A DNA stretch of 63,915 nt, filler included, from an uncultured bacterium (lineage in GTDB: Bacteria; CAYJRR01), in NCBI GenBank assembly GCA_964372275.1. It is 9 parts of 9 records of this genome, joined end to end, with 100 filler letters (N's around TTAATTAATTAA, not from the genome) between each part and the next. Parts side by side here need not be neighbours in the genome. Positions count along the whole stretch, not along the records: positions 1 to 7,989 come from CAYJRR010000170.1; positions 8,090 to 16,052 come from CAYJRR010000171.1; 7 more parts are not named here. One strand, given 5' to 3'. Position numbers and translations under genes: made by a program. Below are positions 1 to 9,020 of this stretch, one piece after another. The notes under the pieces are model-generated. The model did no database searches, was not told where the DNA came from, and was given only the letters and a program-made list of their open reading frames with translations. Each line of letters begins with the position of its first letter. Within the stretch, counting starts at the first letter, position 1.

Positions 1-913
1 CACCGACGGCACCCCCTGGGCCGATCAGCTCAAGGGCTTCCGCACCCGGATCGAGAACGAGACGGGCGGCAAGGTGAAGCTCAAGGCCTACCTCGGCGGC
101 GCGCTCGGGGACGAGAACACCACCGCGAGCGAGTGCAAGCGCGGCGCGATCCAGCTCTGGGGAGGATCGACGGGGGCGCTGGCCACGGTCGTCCCGGAGC
201 TGTCGCTGTTCGAGCTGCCGTACCTGTTCCGCGACGTGCGCGAGGCCGACCACGTCCTCGACGTGGTGCTGCTGGAGGACGTGAAGAAGTTGCTCGCGTC
301 GCGCGGGCTCACCTTCCTCTTCTGGGCCGAGAACGGATACCGCAGCTTCGGATCCAAGAACGGACCGCTCACCACGCCCGACAAGATCAAGGGGAAGAAG
401 ATGCGCTCGCAGGAGAGCGAGGTGCATCTCGAGATGTACCGGGCGCTCGGCGCGTCGCCGGTCCCGATCGCGGTGACCGAGGTCCTCTCCTCCCTGCAGA
501 CCGGCGTGGTCGACGGCTTCGACAACACGCCGCTGTTCACCTTCGCCGCGTCCTGGTTCCAGGGGATCAAGCACTACACCCTGAGCGAGCACATCTACCA
601 GCCGGGGGTGGTGGTGGCGAACAAGGGCTGGTACGACAAGCTTCCGGCCGAGGTGCAGAAGGCGCTGTCGTCCGATCCGACCGGAGAGGCGAAGCGAGGA
701 CGGATCGGGGTGCGCGAGCTGGCGCCGCTCTTGCTGGAGAACTTCCGCAACGCCAAGATCACGGTGCACGCCATGAGCGACGCCGAGAAGGCGGCGTTCG
801 CCAAGTTGTGCGAGCCGACCCACGAGAAGTGGATCACGGGGAAGGGGAAGAACGCGGCCCCGCTCGTTCGAAAGGCGAAGGCGGCGCTCGCCGAGCTCCG
901 CAAGAAGGCCTAG
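1..913 (+). CDS. dctP: TRAP transporter substrate-binding protein DctP (TatP-type), 5' part on contig 6
   Basis: Frame open from base 2 (TDGTPWADQ...). Motifs LFELPYLF, ENGYR, KGKKMRS, ALGASPVPI, SLQTGVVDG, HIYQP. Confidence 0.9.
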   Translation, partial: TDGTPWADQLKGFRTRIENETGGKVKLKAYLGGALGDENTTASECKRGAIQLWGGSTGALATVVPELSLFELPYLFRDVREADHVLDVVLLEDVKKLLASRGLTFLFWAENGYRSFGSKNGPLTTPDKIKGKKMRSQESEVHLEMYRALGASPVPIAVTEVLSSLQTGVVDGFDNTPLFTFAASWFQGIKHYTLSEHIYQPGVVVANKGWYDKLPAEVQKALSSDPTGEAKRGRIGVRELAPLLLENFRNAKITVHAMSDAEKAAFAKLCEPTHEKWITGKGKNAAPLVRKAKAALAELRKKA

Positions 914-919
914 CGGCGG

Positions 920-1948
920 CTACTGCGCAGAGAACGAAACCTTGTCGACGACCGGGGGCGCGAGCCCCGAATGGTCGTTCTGGCGCAGCTCCAGCCGCAG
1001 TTTGTGCGGCCCCGGCGCCACGGCGAATCCGCCGGCGCTGCTGGCGAACGCTTCGCCCAGGTCGGTCCCGTCGACCAGGACGTGGAAGTGGCCCTGGCCG
1101 GCGACGTTCGCTCCGCCGGGCGCCACGAGGGAGAAGTTCTCGACGGTGACGGTCACCCCCAACGAGCTTCCCACGATCGCGTTCTCCACCGGGGACGTGA
1201 GGTGGACCCGTGGCGAGTCGGCGGGCAGGGTGACGGCGGCACGGTCGACGACCGACGGTTCCAGCAGGTCGTGGTCGTTCGTGGCCAGCGCGACGAGCAG
1301 CACATACCGATTCCCCGGGAGCTCCGACGCGTCGAGATCGGTGATGGTGACGAGCGCGGTCGCTTCGTCGGCGATCAGATTTTCCGGCGCGACCGCATCG
1401 CGGTAGACGTGCACGTGGCCGCGGCCGGGCGCATCGGCCGCGCCGAATCCGGCGGTGTCGAGGACGAACCCGCCAACCGCGACCGTGAGGTCGAGGCTGG
1501 AGGTCCGGTAGGTCTCGCCGTCCTCCGGGAACTGCATCGACAGACTCGGGGAACCGTCGGGGATCGTCACCGTCGCGAATGCCGGCGGCGTTCCCTGCAC
1601 CGGGACGTGGTTCTGGTTCACCAGCTCGGCGGCCAGGACGTAGGTGCCGGGGCTCCGGTCGGTGAGATACAGCTGCTCGGCGAACTGGTCCCCCTGGAAG
1701 AAACCGTCCAGGTAGAGGTGCCAATGCCCGCGAAACGCCTTCGGGTCGCGCCCATTCTCGTCGTCATAGAGCTGGGGATCGAGCGTGAACCCGTCGATCG
1801 CGACCCGGACGTCGAAACTGGAGGTGGCAAGCGTGGCGTCGTCGGCCGGGGAGAGGAACCGGATCGTGGGACGGAGGTCCTCCGGCCGTCCGCACGCCAG
1901 GAAGGCGGCGATCGCGAGCGGAAGCGGCAGCCATCGGCACGCCTTCAC
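920..1948 (-). CDS. Lipoprotein with three tandem beta-sandwich domains each carrying GHxH...NxH (DUF4399-like)
   Basis: Lipobox AFLAC; repeats GHWHLYLDG..NQNH, GHVHVYRD..TNDH, GHFHVLVDG..QNDH. Confidence 0.7.
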   Translation of the reverse strand: MKACRWLPLPLAIAAFLACGRPEDLRPTIRFLSPADDATLATSSFDVRVAIDGFTLDPQLYDDENGRDPKAFRGHWHLYLDGFFQGDQFAEQLYLTDRSPGTYVLAAELVNQNHVPVQGTPPAFATVTIPDGSPSLSMQFPEDGETYRTSSLDLTVAVGGFVLDTAGFGAADAPGRGHVHVYRDAVAPENLIADEATALVTITDLDASELPGNRYVLLVALATNDHDLLEPSVVDRAAVTLPADSPRVHLTSPVENAIVGSSLGVTVTVENFSLVAPGGANVAGQGHFHVLVDGTDLGEAFASSAGGFAVAPGPHKLRLELRQNDHSGLAPPVVDKVSFSAQ

Positions 1949-2027
1949 GCCAAAAGTCTACTGCGCGCCCGCTGCGCGGCCCAGGGGATGCGGGGGGGGG
2001 CGTTCGCGAGTCGTCACGGGCGGGCCC

Positions 2028-4238
2028 TCAGCCGCCGGCCATCGCCATCACCAGCTCGATGCGGTCCCCCGAGCGGATCGGCGTGGCACGCGCGCCGTGC
2101 AGCGCGACCTCCCCGTTGACGGCGAAGTTGATCGCCCCTTCGTCCAGGGCCCGGGCGATCGACGGGCTCAGGCGACCCAGGTGTCTGGCCAGCTCCGACA
2201 GCGTGCGGACCTCCTCCGAGACGACCACCCCTTCCTCGGGCAGTCCGGGGAGGCCGCGGGTTCCGTGGACGACGATGGCGAATCCGGAGGCGATCTCGGT
2301 GAGCCGCGCCCGAAACTCGAGCGCCGGCCGCCCCTCGGCGTCGAGTCCGGAGACCTGGTAGAAGCGCGTCAACAGCGCGTCGAACTCGGCGCGGTCGATC
2401 TTTTCGCCGGCGTATTTTCCGAACTGCAGCTCCTCCTCGAACCACCGGCGGGGGAGGGTGTCGTCCGTGCGCCGGAGACCGAGCGCGTAGTTGATCATCC
2501 GCTCCAGGCCGGTGACGTTCAACCCCGCGGCGCGCAGCCGCTCGGGGGGCATCTCCAACCCGGTGACGTTCCGGATCTGCATCGCGAACTCGGGGTAGCC
2601 GGGCAGGCTCGGGCTGTTGAAGAGCTGGGTGGTGAAGCGGCACATCCCGACCGAGTCCCCGACCGCGAACATGTCCTCGCAGGCGCGGACCGCCGTCTCC
2701 TTGCCGACGTAGCTGTTCGGCTCCGCGGAGACCGGCCCGCCGTAGAGCTCCGCCTTGAACGCCGGGTCGTCGTTGATCTTGGCGTTGATCTCGAGCGTCA
2801 CCCGGTTGCGGAGATGGTCCATTCCGCGCGTCGCGACCGCCAGCCCCAGCGCGAACGCCTTGAGGATCCGCGCGTCGTGCGGGTCGGACTGCATCAGGCC
2901 CTTGACCGCCATGCGGTAGTCGAGGGCCTGCGGCGGATAGCGACCCTCGTCCACCGCCCGCGCGGAGCAGGCGATCACGTCGCCGAACCCTTCGCGCCGC
3001 GCGGTCAGGAAGAACAGCCGCTCGATCGACTCGTGGTTTCCCCAGGAGAGGTCGAGACCGCCGGTCTCCACGGGCCCCACGATCCCGCGCTGCCACAGCT
3101 CCATCGCCCACGCGATCGAGCTGCCGAGCGAGGCGGTGTCGAGGCCCAGATCGTTGGCGATGTTGTTCAGCCGCACCATGAACTTGGCGTCGGAGACGCC
3201 GATCATCGGCCCGAACTTGCCGACGGTGACGTACTCCGGACCGTCGCCGGCGTCGTAGCGGTCGCCGCGGTAGCCGTGCAGGTCGTTCAGCGGCCGGCAG
3301 TTCACGCCGCAGCGGAAGCAACCCTCCATCCCGGGCCGGTAGGGATCCAGCTTCTCGGCGTCGAGAGCGTCCGTCCAGGTCGACTCCTGGTTGTTCTTGG
3401 TCCCCATCGCGCCGAGGAGCCGGCTCGGCTTGTAGAGGAAGGGGGTGCCTCGCACCTTGAGCGCGTTCTTCACCACGCTGGTGGAGGCGTACTGCTTCCA
3501 CACCTCCCGGTTCCCGAGCTTCACCTCCGCGGGGACGGCCCCGTTGCCGCGCGTGACGTCGAACCCGCGCAGGACGATCGCCTTGAGCTTGAGGGCCCCC
3601 ATCTTCGCGCCGGTGCCGCCGCGGGCGAAGATCGCCTTCGGCCCGGCCATGATCCCGGCGCACAAGACCCCGCGCTCACCGGCGGAGGTGACGTTGGCCA
3701 TCGCCAGGTCGCGCCCGAAGGTGCCCCCCAGCTCCCGCTCGACGTGGGCCCGAAGATCGAGGTTGTCGAGTCCGACCCACGACGTCGCGTCACGGAACGA
3801 GATCTCGCCCCCCTCCACGTGGAGCCAGGTCCAGGTTGCCGGCGCGCCGAACAGTACGAACCGGTCGATCCCCTGCAGCTTCATGAACCCGGGGAGGTAG
3901 TCCCCCGCGTTCGAATCCATCAGCGCCCGGGTCTCCGGGCTCCAGCCGGTGACGTTCCCGCGCGCCGCCGACGAGACGATCCCGGTCAGGAGCCCGGTGC
4001 CGAGGATCATCGGCACGTCGGGGTGGAGCGGCTCGAGCGTCGGGTCGAGCAGGTTCCAGAGGTAGAACATGTTCGCGCCGCGACCTTCGAGGAAGGTCTC
4101 GACCACCGCGCGCGGGGTGTAGGCGCGGGCGACGCGGCGCTCCGTGAGATCGACGAAGAGGGTCGCCCCCTGGGTCGGGTACTGCGGCTCCGTCGGGAGC
4201 CGCGCCAGGAGCCGTGTGACCCGATCGCGAAGGGACAT
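2028..4238 (-). CDS. Aldehyde:ferredoxin oxidoreductase (W/Mo-pterin AOR family) with C-terminal MoaD/ThiS-like domain
   Basis: AOR motifs GLLTG, DSNAG, ARGGTGAKMG-LKAI, CFRCGVNC, GPEY, NDLGLDT, ATRGMDHL, DSVGMC, DDTLPRRW; last ~85 aa end in INFAVNGE...GDRIELVMAMAGG. Confidence 0.9.
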   Translation of the reverse strand: MSLRDRVTRLLARLPTEPQYPTQGATLFVDLTERRVARAYTPRAVVETFLEGRGANMFYLWNLLDPTLEPLHPDVPMILGTGLLTGIVSSAARGNVTGWSPETRALMDSNAGDYLPGFMKLQGIDRFVLFGAPATWTWLHVEGGEISFRDATSWVGLDNLDLRAHVERELGGTFGRDLAMANVTSAGERGVLCAGIMAGPKAIFARGGTGAKMGALKLKAIVLRGFDVTRGNGAVPAEVKLGNREVWKQYASTSVVKNALKVRGTPFLYKPSRLLGAMGTKNNQESTWTDALDAEKLDPYRPGMEGCFRCGVNCRPLNDLHGYRGDRYDAGDGPEYVTVGKFGPMIGVSDAKFMVRLNNIANDLGLDTASLGSSIAWAMELWQRGIVGPVETGGLDLSWGNHESIERLFFLTARREGFGDVIACSARAVDEGRYPPQALDYRMAVKGLMQSDPHDARILKAFALGLAVATRGMDHLRNRVTLEINAKINDDPAFKAELYGGPVSAEPNSYVGKETAVRACEDMFAVGDSVGMCRFTTQLFNSPSLPGYPEFAMQIRNVTGLEMPPERLRAAGLNVTGLERMINYALGLRRTDDTLPRRWFEEELQFGKYAGEKIDRAEFDALLTRFYQVSGLDAEGRPALEFRARLTEIASGFAIVVHGTRGLPGLPEEGVVVSEEVRTLSELARHLGRLSPSIARALDEGAINFAVNGEVALHGARATPIRSGDRIELVMAMAGG

Positions 4239-4247
4239 CCGGGAACA

Positions 4248-4277
4248 ACGCTAATCGCCCGCCTCGGACCCTTGCAA
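4248..4277 (-). promoter_or_regulatory. Putative sigma-70 promoter for the AOR gene
   Basis: Minus strand TTGCAA-18 nt-TAGCGT, 9 nt before ATG 4238. Confidence 0.45.
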
Positions 4278-4314
4278 GGCCGCCCTGTCGCCCGTCGCGA
4301 AGTCGGCCTGTCGG

Positions 4315-7284
4315 CTACGGCGTGGCGGTGACGGTGAGGGGCATCAGGACGGCGTTGTTCCCCTCGTCGCTCTCCTTGACGCGCTGATCGGCGTCGACCA
4401 CCACCCCGACGTAGTAGGTCCCGACCGGGAGGTTCGCCGGAAGGGTCACCTTGGAGTCGGCGAGGTTCGTGGCCCCCGCGGCGAGGGGGTTCACGGTGTG
4501 GCAGAGCACCTTCCGGTCGGCGGCCGTGATCGTCGCGTCGGTCGAGAGGAAGATCGTCACCGTGAACCGCGGGGAGGTGGCGATGCCGCGGTTGGCGACC
4601 TCGTTCCGGACCTGGATCGACGCGCCCGGCTTGGCGGCGGCCGGCGCCGACACCGACACCGCCACCAGGTCCGATCCGTGCTGCACCGCGAGCGCGGCTC
4701 CGGTCGCGGCGTTGTTCGCCTCGTTCTTCTCCGCGACCTTCCCTTCGACGTCGACGAGCGTCCCGAGATAGTAGGTCCCCGGGGCCATCGACGCGGGCAG
4801 CGTCACCACCGTCGTCGCCGAGCTCGTCGCGCCGGCCGCGAGCCCGGCAACGGGCCGGACGCCGATCCGGAGGTCGGAGGCGTCGATCGTTCCGTCGGTC
4901 GAGAGGAAGAGGCCGACCTTGAAGGCGCCCGCCGGCGCTTCGCCGGAGTTGGTCACCTGGCTGGTGACGGAGATCTTCGAGCCGATCGCGGGGGCGCCGG
5001 TGGCGGTCGGCGCGGAGGCGACCAGATCGGACGCCGCGACGTCGACCTTCGCGGCCGAGCAGAGGGCGTTGTTCGCTTCGTCGGACTCTCCCACGACGTT
5101 CCGGGCGTCGACCTTGGCGCAGACATGGTAGGCGCCGAGCGGGAGGTTGTTCGGCATCTTGAGCGACGCGTTCACGGTCGACGACGCGCCGCCGGCGAGC
5201 GGCGCCGTCGTCGCGGTCGACGGGATCTCGACGTCGTCGGCGTCGCCGTGCACCGGGTTGGTCGAGAGACGGAAGGCGATCGTCGAGGCGCCGCTCGCGG
5301 CCTTCCCCTGGTTCTTCACCCCCACCGCGACCTGGAAGGCGACCCCCTTCGCGGCCGACGACGCGGCCGGCGTGACGGAGAGGGGAATGAGGTCGGGCTG
5401 GGAGACCTCCACCATGGCGGCGGCGCAGGCGGCGTTGTTCGCCTCGTCGGTCTCGCTGACCGCCGCCGCCGCGTCGGCGACCGCGCAGAGGTAGTAGCGG
5501 CCGGCGGCGGTCGTCTTGGGGACGGTCACGCTCGACGTCGCCTGGCTGGTGGCCCCCGCGGCGAGGCTGGGCACGGTTCGGGATTCGGACAGCACCACGT
5601 CGTCGTCGCCGACCGCGCTGTCTGCGGAGAGCCGGAAGGCGACCCGGAACGCTCCGGCCGATCCCTTCCCCTGGTTCTTCACCGCGTTGACCACGTCGAT
5701 CCGGGCGCCCGCCACGCAGCCGGTGGCCGTCGTCGAGAGCCGGCTGACGAGCAGATCGGCGCCGAACTTGTCGCCGTTCTTCTTCACGTGGATCTTGATG
5801 TTGCCCCCTTCGAGCGTGCCGGAGGCTTGATAGTCCTCCTCGTCGTCGTCGACCCAGATCGAGAAGGTGTCCTTCCCCTTTCCGGGGTTCCCGTTGTCGA
5901 CCACCTCGACGCGGTACTTGTGGTTCGGCTCGCCGTTCAACCGCCCGGAGCCAGTAAAGGTCGCGCGGTTGTCCTCGATCACCAGGCTCAACGCCGCATC
6001 GCCGTGGAAACTCATGTTCCGGTCGCGGTCGACGTACTGCAGCTGCCCCTTCACCTCGACGTGGCCGTCGGCGAAGGCGTGCACGTTGAAGCCGAAGTTG
6101 TTCTTCACCGTCTTCTCGGCGTCGGTGATGAAGCCGCCGCCGGTGACCTTTCCGACCGTGTTCTTGGCGGGGGCCGGCTCGGGGGCGCTCGGTTCGGGGG
6201 GCACCGTCAGCACGATGGTGTGCTCGCCGTAGGAGAGGCCGTCCCCCATCGCCTTCACGACCGCGGTGTACTCCCCGGCGGCGGTGCCGGCCGGGACGGT
6301 CAGGCGAAGGGTGAACGGCACGGAGGTCGGCGCGGTGAGGTTGGCGTAGGACGACGGCGTCACCGAGGCGACGAACTTCTGGAACGCGAGCGGGATCGCG
6401 AGCGAGAGATTGGAGACGAGATTCAGGTCGGCCGCCGAGCGTTCGAGCACGTCGAGCACCGTCCGCGGAATCGCCGCCGCGTCCTCGAGGAGGATCGAGT
6501 CGCCGCCGGTGCGGCGCGTCCAGTTGACCCAGAGGTCCTGGTGGTAACCGGAGTTGATGTGGAAGAGGGTGATCCCCTTCGTCTTCAGCAGCTCCAGCAC
6601 CGTCTGGAAGTCGAGGTCGTCGGCGGTGAACATCGATCCATCGCGGCCCGGGTCGCCACCCGAGGAGGCCGAACCGGCGTAGATGCCGTCGAAAAGGTTG
6701 TCGTCGTGGGGGATCGCGTCGCCGAAGTTGATCAGAATCCTCTTCGCGTCGTCGCGGAAGCCGACCGCCGGGTCGACCGCGACCTCGTGGAAGATCCGGC
6801 CGTAGTCCTCCGGCCAGTCGGCCCCCCAGCCCATCTTGAGCCCCGCAACCTTGTTCTTCACCAGCAGGCGGTCGTAGGTCAGCGGACTTTCGAGACGGTA
6901 GGGGTAGTCGCCGTAGAAGCTGTGGCCGTAGAGCGAACGGTATCCGTAGGACTCGTAGTAGGCCGGATAGTCCATGTAGGAGACGACGCCGAAGCGCGCG
7001 TCGTCGACCACGCTGTCGAGCGCGGTCATGATGTTGACGATCTCCCGCTTCACCGTGTCGATCTCGAGGTACATGCTGCCGGTGAGGTCGAGGGAGAAGA
7101 CGATGTCCGCCTTCGGGATCCGGCCGGGGAGGGCGACGACGATCGGATCGTTGTCCGACTGGCCCGCCTGAAGCGTCGTCTCGAAGCGGTCGGGGGTGAC
7201 CGACGCCCACGCGTTCGCGGTGGCGAACAGGACCGCCGCGGCGACCCACCCTCTCGTTGCGACCGTCTTCATCCGATCGATCAT
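4315..7284 (-). CDS. Secreted multidomain protein: vWA, Ig-like, post-COAP-1-like and four CARDB-like domains
   Basis: Signal peptide ending ANAWA; vWA DIVFSLDLTGSM; GKVTGGGFI...GGNIKIH; four repeats of DL..VxNxG..LSxD..GxYY..ExxExNN. Confidence 0.8.
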   Translation of the reverse strand: MIDRMKTVATRGWVAAAVLFATANAWASVTPDRFETTLQAGQSDNDPIVVALPGRIPKADIVFSLDLTGSMYLEIDTVKREIVNIMTALDSVVDDARFGVVSYMDYPAYYESYGYRSLYGHSFYGDYPYRLESPLTYDRLLVKNKVAGLKMGWGADWPEDYGRIFHEVAVDPAVGFRDDAKRILINFGDAIPHDDNLFDGIYAGSASSGGDPGRDGSMFTADDLDFQTVLELLKTKGITLFHINSGYHQDLWVNWTRRTGGDSILLEDAAAIPRTVLDVLERSAADLNLVSNLSLAIPLAFQKFVASVTPSSYANLTAPTSVPFTLRLTVPAGTAAGEYTAVVKAMGDGLSYGEHTIVLTVPPEPSAPEPAPAKNTVGKVTGGGFITDAEKTVKNNFGFNVHAFADGHVEVKGQLQYVDRDRNMSFHGDAALSLVIEDNRATFTGSGRLNGEPNHKYRVEVVDNGNPGKGKDTFSIWVDDDEEDYQASGTLEGGNIKIHVKKNGDKFGADLLVSRLSTTATGCVAGARIDVVNAVKNQGKGSAGAFRVAFRLSADSAVGDDDVVLSESRTVPSLAAGATSQATSSVTVPKTTAAGRYYLCAVADAAAAVSETDEANNAACAAAMVEVSQPDLIPLSVTPAASSAAKGVAFQVAVGVKNQGKAASGASTIAFRLSTNPVHGDADDVEIPSTATTAPLAGGASSTVNASLKMPNNLPLGAYHVCAKVDARNVVGESDEANNALCSAAKVDVAASDLVASAPTATGAPAIGSKISVTSQVTNSGEAPAGAFKVGLFLSTDGTIDASDLRIGVRPVAGLAAGATSSATTVVTLPASMAPGTYYLGTLVDVEGKVAEKNEANNAATGAALAVQHGSDLVAVSVSAPAAAKPGASIQVRNEVANRGIATSPRFTVTIFLSTDATITAADRKVLCHTVNPLAAGATNLADSKVTLPANLPVGTYYVGVVVDADQRVKESDEGNNAVLMPLTVTATP

Positions 7285-7402
7285 CCGTCCCCTCCCCGGC
7301 GCCGGTTCGGTAGTGCAGGGAGCGGGCCCGCCGGCACGCGGCGGAACTCACAAGCTATTGCCGAGGCTTGCCCTCACCGTTCGGAGGTGGCCGGGGACGG
7401 GC

Positions 7403-7571
7403 CGTGAACTTGTTCACGGGATGTGTACGGCGGTTGAAATGGAAGGTCTCAGCAATTTCAGAGGGTTTGCGAGGCCGGCCGACGTGGCGGCCGTCACGCG
7501 TTCGGCGTGATCGCGGTCATCTCGATGGAGTTCCGGCCGCTTACGCCGCAAGCCGCGTGAAATCGGTCACA
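7403..7571. promoter_or_regulatory. Three CRP/FNR-family-like boxes upstream of the vWA-CARDB gene
   Basis: CGTGAacttgtTCACG 7403-7418, CGTGAtcgcggTCATc 7506-7521, CGTGAaatcggTCACA 7556-7571. Confidence 0.4.
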
Positions 7572-7584
7572 CGGGCCCCGGGGG

Positions 7585-7989
7585 TCAGCCGTTGGGGGAG
7601 GGGACGACGGTCGTCGCGCGCTCCCACAGGCGCTCGAACTCGGCGTGGAAGCTCTCGGCGAGCGCCGCGTCGTTCTTGATCAGGAATCGGTCCTCCGCGT
7701 GCTTGCCGGTCGACGAGTTGTTCAGGTTCGCGCTTCCGTTGAAGAGGTCGTCGCCGACCACCGCGAACTTCTCGTGCATCGTGCGGCTGCTGAACCACTT
7801 GGCCTCGACCTGGCCCGAGTGCTCGGCGGCGAGGCTCGCCAGCGCGGAGACGACCGACTCGTTGTAGGCGCGATTGAGCACCACCTTCAGGTTCGCGCCG
7901 CGCTCGACCGCCTTCTTGAGCTCGGCGTATTCGGGCGAGTTGGCGGACAGGCCGTAGGCGGCGACCTTGATCGTGTCGCCGGGTCGCGC
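7585..7989 (-). CDS. Phospholipase D-family (HKD) protein, 5' truncated
   Basis: MHEKFAVVGDD plus GSANL and downstream E; frame open to contig edge. Confidence 0.8.
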   Translation of the reverse strand, partial: ARPGDTIKVAAYGLSANSPEYAELKKAVERGANLKVVLNRAYNESVVSALASLAAEHSGQVEAKWFSSRTMHEKFAVVGDDLFNGSANLNNSSTGKHAEDRFLIKNDAALAESFHAEFERLWERATTVVPSPNG

Positions 7990-8089
7990 NNNNNNNNNNN
8001 NNNNNNNNNNNNNNNNNNNNNNNNNNNNNNNNNTTAATTAATTAANNNNNNNNNNNNNNNNNNNNNNNNNNNNNNNNNNNNNNNNNNNN
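7990..8089. other. Artificial contig linker
   Basis: 100 bp of N with central TTAATTAATTAA. Confidence 0.99.
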
Positions 8090-9010
8090 CTGCTCCTGCA
8101 CCTGCGTCGCCGCCTCGTTCACCTCGTTGAGCGTCATCTTCGAAGGGCCGGTGATGTTGATCAGGATCCCGGTCGCCCCCTTGATCGACACCTCCTCCAG
8201 AAGCGGCGAGGCGATCGCCTTCTGTGCCGCTTCGAAGGCGCGGTGGGCGCCGTCGGCGGAGCCGGTCCCCATCAGCGCCATCCCTTGGCCCTGCATCACG
8301 GCGCGCACGTCGGCGAAGTCGACGTTGATCAGGCCGGCGATGGCGATGATGTCGGAGATCCCCTTCACCGCTTGGTAGAGCACCTCGTCGGCCTTCTTGA
8401 AGGCGTCGAGCATGCTCGTCGTCTCGCCGGCGAGGTTCAGGAGCCGCTGGTTGGGGATGGTGATCAGCGTGTCGACGGCCTCGCGCAGGTTCTTGATCCC
8501 GATCTCCGCCTGCGCTTTGCGGCGCTTCCCTTCGAACAGGAACGGCTTGGTGACGACGCCGACGGCGAGCGCCCCCACCTGGCGCGCCACCTCGGCGATG
8601 ATCGGCGCGGCGCCGGTGCCGGTGCCGCCCCCCATCCCGGCGGTGACGAAGACCATGTCGGCGCCGTCGAGGAACTCGGCGATCGCCTCGCGGTCCTCTT
8701 CGGCGGCGGCGCGCCCGATCTCCGGGTTGGCGCCGGCGCCCAGCCCCTTGGTCAGCTTGCTGCCGATCGGGATCTTGAACGGCGCGCGGTGACCCTTGAG
8801 CGCCTGGCAGTCGGTGTTGGCGACCATGAAGTCGACGCCGGTCAAGCCCAGCTCGATCATCGTCGCGACGGCGTTGCCGCCGCCGCCGCCGACGCCGATC
8901 ACCTTGATCTTCGCCCCCACCGGCTGCTCCTGCTCCAGCTCGATCATCTTCTTCGGCCTCCCGACGTTCATCACCGATCCCGGAAACGACAGCTGTTTCT
9001 TGTTGGCCAT
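8090..9010 (-). CDS. ftsZ: Cell division protein FtsZ, 3' truncated
   Basis: [39 protein letters not shown] before ATG 9010. Confidence 0.98.
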
Positions 9011-9020
9011 CGTCGTTCTC

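Noticed and set aside
1785-7407. Very long alternative-frame ORFs (1785..4331, 4007..7351, 4498..7407; also 34159.., 35655.., 58032.. extensions)
   Set aside because: Arg/Pro/Gly-rich shadow ORFs expected in high-GC DNA. They overlap genes with clear family motifs.
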